Source of the DNA: an uncultured Actinomycetota bacterium | Lineage (GTDB): Bacteria; Actinomycetota; Actinomycetes; Propionibacteriales; Nocardioidaceae | Assembly: GCA_963754145.1 (NCBI GenBank) | Contig: CAVWFF010000036.1 | Location: forward strand, 1,399-65,398 | Direction: 5' to 3' | DNA: 64,000 nucleotides | Shown: positions 56,370-64,000 of the stretch, in pieces | Position numbering within the stretch: position 1 is the first letter of the stretch | Layout of the letters: each line of letters starts with the position of its first letter | Notes under the pieces: model-generated | The model's input: the letters and a program-made list of their open reading frames with translations, nothing else | What the model was told of the DNA's origin: nothing | Databases searched by the model: none | Program-made: the position numbers and the translations under genes

Positions 56370-57608
56370 ATGAGTCGAACCAGAGTCGTAGTGACCGGTA
56401 TGGGCACCACCAGCCCCGTCGGCGGTGACGTCGCCAGCACCTGGGACGCCCTCCTCGCCGGCACCTCCGGCGTCCGCCACCTCACCGACGAGTGGGCCGA
56501 GCAGATGCCGGTCAAGATCGCCGGGCGGGTCAAGGTCGAGCCGACCGAGGTGCTCGAGCGGGTCAAGGCACGTCGCCTCGACCGCTCCGCGCAGCTCGCG
56601 ATGGTCGCCGCGATCGAGGCCTGGGCCGACTCCGGGCTGGCCGACGCCGACATCGACAAGGAACGGCTCGGCGTCGCGTGCGCCTCCGGCATCGGCGGCG
56701 TGACCACGCTGCTCGACAACTACGACGCGCTGAAGGAGAAGGGGCCGCGCCGGGTCTCGCCGCTCGCCGTACCGATGCTGATGCCCAACGCGCCCGCCGC
56801 GCAGATCAGCCTGTACGTCGGCGCCCGCGCCGCCGTGAACACCCCCGTCTCCGCCTGCGCCTCCGGCAACGAGGGCGTGTCCCTCGCGCTGGACCAGATC
56901 CGGCTCGGCCGGGCCGACATCGTGCTCGCCGGCGGCACCGAGGCGGCGATCCACCCGCTCCCGATGGCGGCCTTCGCGAACATGATGGCGCTGTCGAAGA
57001 ACTCCGGTGACCCGACCACCGTCTCCCGCCCCTGGGACACCGGCCGCGACGGGTTCGTGCTCGGTGAGGGCGCCGGCATCCTGGTGCTCGAGTCGCTCGA
57101 GCACGCGCAGGCCCGCGGCGCCAAGATCTACGCCGAGGTGCTCGGCGCCGGCATCACCGCCGACTCCCACGACATCGCGCAGCCCGACCCCGAGGGCCGC
57201 GGCGGCACGCCGCGCGATCAAGCGCGCGCTCGAGGAGTCGGAATCAGCGCCGGCGACGTGGTCCACGTCAACGCGCACGCGACCTCGACCCCGCAGGGCG
57301 ACATCGCCGAGGGGCTGATGATCCACGCGACGCTCGGCAAGCACGCCGACGAGGTCGTGGTCACCTCCACCAAGTCGATGACCGGCCACCTGCTCGGAGG
57401 CGCCGGGGCGCTGGAGTCGATCGCCACGGTGCTTGCGATCCACCACCGGATGGCGCCACCGACGATCAACCTCGACAACCTCGACCCGGCCGTGGAGCTG
57501 GACATCCCGACGTCGGCGCGCAAGCTGCCCGACGGCGACATCGCGGCGCTCAACAACTCCTTCGGGTTCGGCGGCGCCAACGTCGCGGTCGCCTTCGGCA
57601 GCTTCTGA
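56370..57608 (+). CDS. fabF: Beta-ketoacyl-ACP synthase II
   Basis: 'RVVVTGMG', 'SACASGN', 'RDGFVLGEGAG', 'VNAHATST', 'KSMTGHLLG', 'NSFGFGG'. Confidence 0.96.
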   Translation: MSRTRVVVTGMGTTSPVGGDVASTWDALLAGTSGVRHLTDEWAEQMPVKIAGRVKVEPTEVLERVKARRLDRSAQLAMVAAIEAWADSGLADADIDKERLGVACASGIGGVTTLLDNYDALKEKGPRRVSPLAVPMLMPNAPAAQISLYVGARAAVNTPVSACASGNEGVSLALDQIRLGRADIVLAGGTEAAIHPLPMAAFANMMALSKNSGDPTTVSRPWDTGRDGFVLGEGAGILVLESLEHAQARGAKIYAEVLGAGITADSHDIAQPDPEGRGGTPRDQARARGVGISAGDVVHVNAHATSTPQGDIAEGLMIHATLGKHADEVVVTSTKSMTGHLLGGAGALESIATVLAIHHRMAPPTINLDNLDPAVELDIPTSARKLPDGDIAALNNSFGFGGANVAVAFGSF

Positions 57609-57611
57609 AAG

Positions 57612-57770
57612 CCGTTGAGCAGGGCCTCGCGCCCCGTTGAGTTGCGCCTCGCGCCCCGTTGAGCTGGGCCTCGCGCCCGTGCGCCGGAGGGCCGACTCAA
57701 CGGTGCCGGAGGCGCCGACTCGACGGTGCCGGAGGGCCGACTCAACGGTGCGGAGGTGCGAACTCAACGG
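57612..57770. repeat. Head-to-head array of ~22-bp repeats (3 forward + 4 inverted), REP/BIME-like
   Basis: CCGTTGAGnnGnGCCTCGCGCC x3 (57612-57677), then TGCCGGAGGGCCGACTCAACGG-like x4 (57678-57770). Confidence 0.85.
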
Positions 57771-58774
57771 AGAGGAAGCGGGAGGCGCGGGCCATGAACA
57801 CGGGCCACTGGCGCTCGAAGCGGTGCGGCTCGCCGGCGTAGGTCCGGAGCCGCACGTCGGCGCCCGCCGAACGGAGAAGTCCGGTCGTGTTGACGCTCCA
57901 CTGCTCGGGGCAGATCGGGTCGGCGGTGCCGTGGTGGATCCGCACCGGCGCCGTGATCCGGGACAGGTAGTTCGCGACGCTGGCGCGTCGCCACAGGTCC
58001 GGGCGGGTCGCGGGCGTGCCGTACGCGCGCCGCACCCGGTCCCGGAGGGCCGGGTTGCCGGCCACCCAGCGGTCGTAGTCGGCGGTGGCGTCGGCCGCGA
58101 CCGGGGAGTACAGGACCACCGCGTCGAACCACGAGGGACGCGCCACCGCCACCTGCATCGCCACCCCGCCGCCCATCGAGCGGCCGAGCAGCGCGACCCG
58201 CGAGGTGTCCACGCCGGGCACGCGCGCACGGCGCAGGGCGACGACGGCGTTCAGGACGTCCGCCGGGTAGCCGACCGGGTGCGCAACGGCCCGCCCGGTC
58301 TCGCGATCGGAGCCGGCGAAGTTGCGGTAGTCCGGGTGCAGCACGGCGAACCCCTGCGCGAGCAGGCGCGCCTCCTCGCGGCGGAGGCCCGCACCGCGCA
58401 CGTAGCGGTCGGTGCGGATCCAGCCGTGCAGGGCGACGACGACCGGGTGCCTCCCCGGAGTGCGTGGCCGGGCCAGGGTGCCGGTCAGGCGCAAACCGTC
58501 GCCGCGGTAGGTGATCGCCCAGCGCTCAGTGGTGGCCGACCGCTCGAGGACGCGGGTACGACGCAGCGCGTGGCCGTCGTACCGGTGCCGGATCAGGGCG
58601 GGGACGTCGACCAGGTTGAACGGGCGTGGTCGTGTCGTCGTGAGCCCCGGCCAGCGGACGGCCGGGACCGGCCAGCGGGTCGCTCGAGGAGGCATCCGCG
58701 CTGATCAGCGCGAAGCCGAGGACGAAGGCGAGGGCAGCCGCCAGCAGGGGCGCCATCCGTGAACGCACGAGCAC
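57742..58774 (-). CDS. Secreted alpha/beta hydrolase (S9 peptidase-like, 5' indel)
   Basis: Signal 'LLAAALAFVLGFALISADA', 'VVALHGW', 'PDYRNFAGS', 'LLGRSMGGG', 'HHGTAD', 'GEPH'. Confidence 0.85.
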
Positions 58775-58856
58775 ATCGTCGGCCGCCGGGTGCCGATGTG
58801 TTCACGCGTTGTCCGAACCGTGACCAAGCGTCTGGACCGGTTCGTCCCGGGAACGC

Positions 58857-59361
58857 TCAGACGACCTGGTGGAGCCAGCGGACCGCCGCGCCGTCACCGG
58901 CGTGCCGGAACGTCTCCAGCTCGTCGTCCCACGGCTTGCCGAGGAGCTTGTCGATCTCCAGCAGCAGCGTGGTGTCGCCGAGCGCGGCCTTCACGACGGC
59001 GGCCTTCAGCCGGTCCTCGGGGATCATGATGTCGCCGTGGATGCCGGTCACGGCGTGGAAGATGCCGAGGGTCGGGCGTGTAGGAGAAGCGCGCACCTTC
59101 GGTGCCGGTGGTCGGCTCCTCGGTGATCTCGAACCTCAGGTGGTTCCAGCCGCGCAGCGCGGAGGCGATCGCGGACGCGGTGCCGCCCTCGCCCACCCAG
59201 GAGTACTCCGTGCGATGGGAGGACGCCTGCGCCGGCTGCACCGTCCAGTCGAAGCTGACGGACATGCCGAGCACGCCGCCGACCGCCCACTCCACGTGCG
59301 GGCACAGCGCAGACGGCGCCGAGTGGACGTACATGACTCCACGGGTCGCAGAACGCGTCAC
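58857..59361 (-). CDS. DUF3145 family protein (one indel)
   Basis: 'TRGVMYVHSAPSALCPHVEWA', 'LRFEITEEP', 'LGKPWDDELETFRHAGDGAAVRWLHQVV'. Confidence 0.9.
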
Positions 59362-59639
59362 GGTGACCTCCTGTTTGTCTCCGGCGTCGAGGAACGCCTT
59401 CCCCAGCGGTCTCGAACGGAGATGCCACGCGGTCACGTGTGACGGATGTGCACTTGTGAGGTCCATTGTGGGGTACGACGGGCGCTCACGCCAGCCCGAT
59501 GCCTCCAACCCGTCCCCGTTCCGGTCTGGACCGGGCATGGGAGCACAGCCTGTCGACCAGGGGCCGGCGACCCGCTCACCCCCTGCGGGGGAGGCTGAGA
59601 CGCTCCGCGCACAGGCAGGCTGGGGGCGTGGAGGTGCCC

Positions 59640-61237
59640 ATGAGCGACGCCGCGAGTGCTGGCGCTCGTCGGAGAGTTCTCACAGCCCCCGATTGGCCCT
59701 GCTGTTGGCAGCGGCGATGTTCGTGCTGGTCGTCGACACGTCGCTGATGAACGTCTCGATCTCGGCGGTGGTCAAGGATCTCGACACGACGGTGAGCGGC
59801 GTCCAGTCGGCGATCGCGCTGGAGGCTCTGGTCTCTGCCGCGTTCATCCTGATCAGCAGCAAGGTTGGTGACCTGATCGGGCGCAAGCGGGCGTACGTCC
59901 TGGGCCTCCTCGCATACGCGATCGGCGCTCTGGCGATGACGCTGGCTCAGAGCCTGAGCACCATCATCATCTTCTGGGCGATCCTCGGCGGGTTGGGGGC
60001 ATCGTTGCTGTTGCCGGCCATGCAGTCGCTCATCCACGGGAACTTCGATGGCGCGGCCCGCAAGAAGACCTATGCGCTGGTCGGGGCCGCAGCGGCGATT
60101 GCCGCCGCGGTCGGACCGCTCCTGGGTGGTTTCGTCACGACGTTCCTGTCGTGGCGGGTCGGCTTCCTGCTCGAGGTCGTGGTGATCGCGGTGGTGCTCG
60201 CCAACATCCGGCTCGTTCGCGAGGTCCCCTACACGGGACCTCGGCAGGTCGACGTGGTGGGTGCGCTTCTCTCGGTTGCGGGTATGGGGGGTGTCGTCCT
60301 GGGCATCCTGGTCTGGCAGGAGGGGGGCGAGGCGGTGGGGGCGCTGATCGCGATCGGCGTCCTCGGGCTGGTCGCCCTGGCGTACTGGCTGTTGCGCCGC
60401 AAGCGTCAGGGCAAGCCCACGCTGCTCGACCCGGACCTGTTCCGCTTCCCGCACTTCAGGATCGGCATCGTCCAGCAGATGATGCAGCAGATCACCCTCG
60501 GCGGCGCGATGATCGTGCTCCCGATCTTCTTGCAGATGACGCTCGAGTACAACGCGATGGAAGCCGGGCTCTCCCTGGCTCCGTTGTCGCTGAGCATGTT
60601 CGCAGTGGCCCTGCTGGCCGGGCGAAGGTCCGGGAAGCGTCGATCGAGCAGCATCGTTGGTGCGGGGTTCGCGCTGACGTCCACCGGCATGGCCGTGATC
60701 ATCCCGCTGGTTCCTCGCGCCGACTTCGGTTGGTGGCTCATCGGCCCGCTGCTGATTGCGGGTTCGGGGTTGGGCCTGCTGGTGTCCCAGCTCAACAACT
60801 ACACCTTGGCACCGATCGAGGAGGAGCGGGTCAGCGAGGCTGCAGGCGTGAACTCGGCCGCAGGGTCGTTCGGACTGTCCTTCGGGCTGGCGGTCGCAGG
60901 CGGCCTGATGCTGGCTGCCCTCTCCCTGAGCTTCAACCAGATGACCGAGGCCAGCACGGTGATCCCCGCCGACCAGCAGGAGCAGATCGCCCAGACGCTC
61001 GAGGACGATGCCCAGGTGATGAGCGATACCCAGCTCAACGCGTTGCTGACCGAGGAACCTCAGGCTGTGCAGGACGAGATCCTCCGGATCAACACCCACG
61101 CGAGAGACGTCTCGCTCCAGGTGGCGCTGCTCGTGTCCGTCCTCGCCAGTCTGATCGGGCTGCTGAACTCGTTCCGCATGAGGCGCCTTCCAGATCTGGC
61201 TCCCTCGGGCTCCGTCGAAGAGACGACCTTGGGCTGA
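59640..61237 (+). CDS. MFS transporter (DHA2/EmrB-QacA-like), start region uncertain
   Basis: 'MFVLVVDTSLMNVSI', 'KVGDLIGRKR', 'AVGPLLGG', about 14 TM segments. Confidence 0.9.
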
Positions 61238-61346
61238 CTGCGAAACCGCCCGACCTGCTGCGCCAGGTTCTGCGCGAACTGCTGGATGGGCGGAGATGCG
61301 CGGTGGAGCCGGACCCGCGACGCCCGAGGAATCGAGACCGGCCCGG

Positions 61347-62154
61347 TCACGCCGAGGCGATGTGGTGCACCGCGGCCGGGTCGACGATGTTGGCCGGGTC
61401 GCGTACGGCGCCGAGCAGCAGGCCGTCGGCCACGACGGCCGGGCCGTCGACGACGGTGCCGAGGACACAGGTGATGTTGTCGCGCCCGCCGGCGGCGAGC
61501 GCCGCGTCGAGCAGCAGGTCGACCGCCGTGTCGTCGGGGTGGGTGAGCAGGATCTGCTCGATCCAGCCCTCGCTGACCAGGTCGGTGAGGCCGTCGCTGC
61601 ACAGCAGCACCCGGTCGCCGAGGCGGAGCGCCACCGGCATCACGTCGGCGTCGGAGGGGTCGTCGGCGTTGATCGTGCGCAGCACGACGTTGCGCCACGG
61701 GTGGACCATCGCCTCGGCCTCGGTCATCCGGCCCTCGTCGCGCATCATGCTGCACCCAGGTGTGGTCGCTGCTCAGCCGGGTGAGCCCGCCGTCGCGGAA
61801 CAGGTAGGCCCGCGAGTCGCCGACGTGCGCGAGCGCGAACCGCTGGCCGTCGGTGAGCAGCGCGGTCAGCGTGGTCGCCATGCCGCGGAGCGCCGGGTCG
61901 CGCCGCACGCCGTGGCGCACCTGGCGCTGGCTCTCGGCGACGGCGCTGCCGAGCACGCTGGCCGGGCGCAGGCCGACGCGCGCCAGGGCCGAGGCGGAGA
62001 CGACGTAGGCCGTGGTGGCCGAGGCGACCTCGCCCGCGGCGTTGCCGCCGACACCGTCGGCGACGAGCATCAGGGTCGGCCCGGCGAAGCCGGAGTCCTC
62101 GTTGCCCGTGCGCACGAGTCCGACGTGCGTGCGGCCGGTGGCGGAGAAGCGCAT
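61347..62154 (-). CDS. PP2C-family Ser/Thr phosphatase (one indel)
   Basis: 'THVGLVRTGNED', 'VADGVGG', 'MATT', 'AHVGDSRAY', 'LLCSDGL', 'GGRDNIT'. Confidence 0.92.
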
Positions 62155-62309
62155 CACTCGAACCACCTCCGTCGTCGTACCGGTGCCCCGAGCGTGTGTC
62201 CTGTCAACGCAGGGGCCGGGTCGGATGGTTCCCGGATCCCGAGGTGCACAACTCTCCCACAGGACACCGACGGTCCGGCGAGTCGCGCACGTCGGCAACA
62301 ATGGCGGGC

Positions 62310-63701
62310 ATGGAGTGGGTGCTGCTGGGCGTGTCGGTCGCCCTGATGCTCACGTGCGGGGTCTTCGGTGCCGCCGAGTACTCGCTCGTGGCCGTCGACC
62401 GGGCGGCAGTCGAGCGGGCCGTGGCCGAGGGCGACCGCTCCGCCGAGGGCGTGCGGATCGGCGCTGCAAGTCCCTGTCCACCCAGCTCTCCGGCGCCCAG
62501 GTCGGCGTCACCCTGACCAACCTGATCATCGGGTTCCTCGCCGAGCCCGCGATCGCGCAGCTGATCGACGGGCCCGCTCGAGAGCACTCGGCGTCCCCGA
62601 GGCGTGCGGTGCCCGGCATCGCGGTCGCGCTCGGCCTGACGCTCGCGACGATCGCGACGATGCTCTTCGGCGAGCTGGTGCCGAAGAAGATCGCGCATCG
62701 CCAGCCCGCTTCGCGACCGCGCGCGCCACCCAGCGCTTCCAGCGCGGGTTCACGACCGCGATGAAGCTGCCGATCAAGGCTGCTCAACGGCTCCGCCAAC
62801 GCGGTCGTGCGGGCGCTGGGCGTCGAGCCGCAGGAGGAGCTCCGCTCGGCCCGGTCGTCCGACGAGCTGGCCTCGCTGGCCGGGCGCTCGGCGTCGCGAG
62901 GGCACGCTCGACACCGAGACCGCCCACCTGGTCCAGCGGTCGGTCGCCTTCGGCCCGCGCACGGCCGGCGAGATCATGACCCCGCGCGTGCAGATGGCCT
63001 GCGTCGACGCCAGCGACCCGGTCAGCGAGGTCATCGAGCTGAGCTCCGGCCGACCGGCTTCTCGAAGTTCCCGGTCATCAAGGGCATCCACCGACAACAT
63101 CGTCGGCTCGGTGCACGTCAAGCAGGCGGTGGCGGTCCCCCGCTCCGAGCGCGCGTCACACGCAGGTGCGCGAGGTCATGGTCGACGCCACCGTCGTGCC
63201 CGAGTCGCTGCGTCTCGACCCGCTGCTGCGCTGCTGCGCGGCGAGGGGTTCCAGATGGCGATCGTCTCCGACGAGTACGGCGGCACGGCCGGCGTGGTCA
63301 CCCTCGAGGACGTGGTCGAGGAGATCGTGGGCGACATCGCCGACGAGCACGACCGCTACGGCTCCCGGCTGCGGCAGCGACCCGACGGCTCGCTGGATCG
63401 TCTCCGGGCTGCTCCGGCCCGACGAGGTGCGCCGACGCGACCGGGCTGGCGCTGCCCGAGCACGAGGACTACGACACCGTGGCCGGCCTGCTGGTCCGGG
63501 AGCTCGGCCGGATCCCCGAGCGGGGCGACCAGGTCGACGTGCCGCTGCCGGTCGTGATCCCCGAGGACGACGACGAGGACCCGGTGCAGGAGTACGCCCA
63601 GCTGCGCGTCGTGCGCATGGACGGCCTGCGCGTCGACCGGCTCATCGATCCGCCGGGTCGACAGCCCGTCGGTCCGGCCGAAGCCGGTGAGCAGCGCATG
63701 A
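62310..63701 (+). CDS. CNNM/HlyC/CorC family (DUF21-CBS-CorC) membrane protein (many indels)
   Basis: 'FGAAEYSLV', 'LSGAQVGVT', 'LFGELVPK', 'IMTPR', '[26 protein letters not shown]', 'YDTVAG'. Confidence 0.88.
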
Positions 63702-64000
63702 GCACCCAGGCCGCGATGCTGGTCGGGCGTCCTGCTGCTGCTGACCAACGCGTTCTTCGTCGGCGCGCGAGTTCGCGCTCGTGTCGGCCCGTCGTACCAA
63801 GATCGAGCCGAAGGCCGCCGGCCGGCTCCCGGATCGCGCGCACCACGCTGCGCGCGATGGAGAACGTCTCCCAGGTGATGGCGGCCGCCCAGCTCGGGAT
63901 CACGGTCGCGTCGCTGGCGCTCGGCGCGATCGCCGAGCCGGCGCTGGCGCACCTGCTCGAGCCCGTGTTCGACGCGGTCAACGTGCCCGAGAGCCTGCTC
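63698..64000 (+). CDS. Second CNNM/HlyC family protein, truncated by the window end
   Basis: ATGA overlap with the previous gene. 'LLTNAFFVG..EFALVSARR', 'MAAAQLGITVASLALG'. Confidence 0.85.
   Translation, partial: MSTQAAMLVGRPAAADQRVLRRRASSRSCRPVVPRSSRRPPAGSRIARTTLRAMENVSQVMAAAQLGITVASLALGAIAEPALAHLLEPVFDAVNVPESLL

Noticed and set aside
53831-57608. Type II PKS cluster
   Set aside because: fasR-fabD-fabH-acpP-fabF is the standard fatty acid synthesis operon, with no chain-length factor or cyclases.
57612-57770. CRISPR array
   Set aside because: Units are contiguous with no unique spacers, orientation flips midway, and there are no cas genes.
54702-58229. 1175-aa minus-strand ORF, and similar long ORFs 59576..61468, 29932..31758, 48263..49762
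   Set aside because: These are antisense shadows of real high-GC3 genes and carry no motifs.

Overview
High-GC actinobacterial chromosome segment, probably Nocardioides-like (inferred from gene order and protein style, not from a search). It has two parts. (1) About 1-24.3 kb is a patchwork accessory block with no integrase or transposase. It carries azlC/azlD, a divergent dapB-like gene, a DUF4037-like protein, a large AAA-LuxR regulator, Zn-ADH, methyltransferases, an SGNH hydrolase, an App1 phosphatase, a Tat small subunit plus GMC/[3Fe-4S] dehydrogenase, an MBL hydrolase, VOC, SBP56/SELENBP1, TetR, a peptidoglycan-binding lipoprotein, GAF-ANTAR and several gene remnants. (2) About 24.3-64 kb is core genome with the order known from M. 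tuberculosis Rv2221c-Rv2256c: glnE, glnA2, nadE, panB, map, mtnP, rnpB, RNB nuclease, yaaA, RNase HI-phosphatase, Zn-ribbon, Nif3, tRNA-Val, ahpE, DUF3052, aceE, fasR-fabD-fabH-acpP-fabF, DUF3145, then MFS, PP2C and two CNNM/HlyC genes. Many genes, including essential ones, are broken by single-base indels (densest at about 33-47 kb and 62-64 kb). These are best read as sequencing or assembly errors, so many CDS calls join several ORF-track pieces. I found no CRISPR array, prophage or IS. The best leads are: an ArsR-ArsC-like fusion plus VOC unit with a perfect 12-2-12 operator but no arsenite pump; a cytochrome-less two-subunit Tat flavo-[3Fe-4S] dehydrogenase; a DapB paralog without the catalytic His-His; a lysine-less biotinyl/lipoyl-like tail after fabD; two candidate small RNAs; and a head-to-head 22-bp repeat array.
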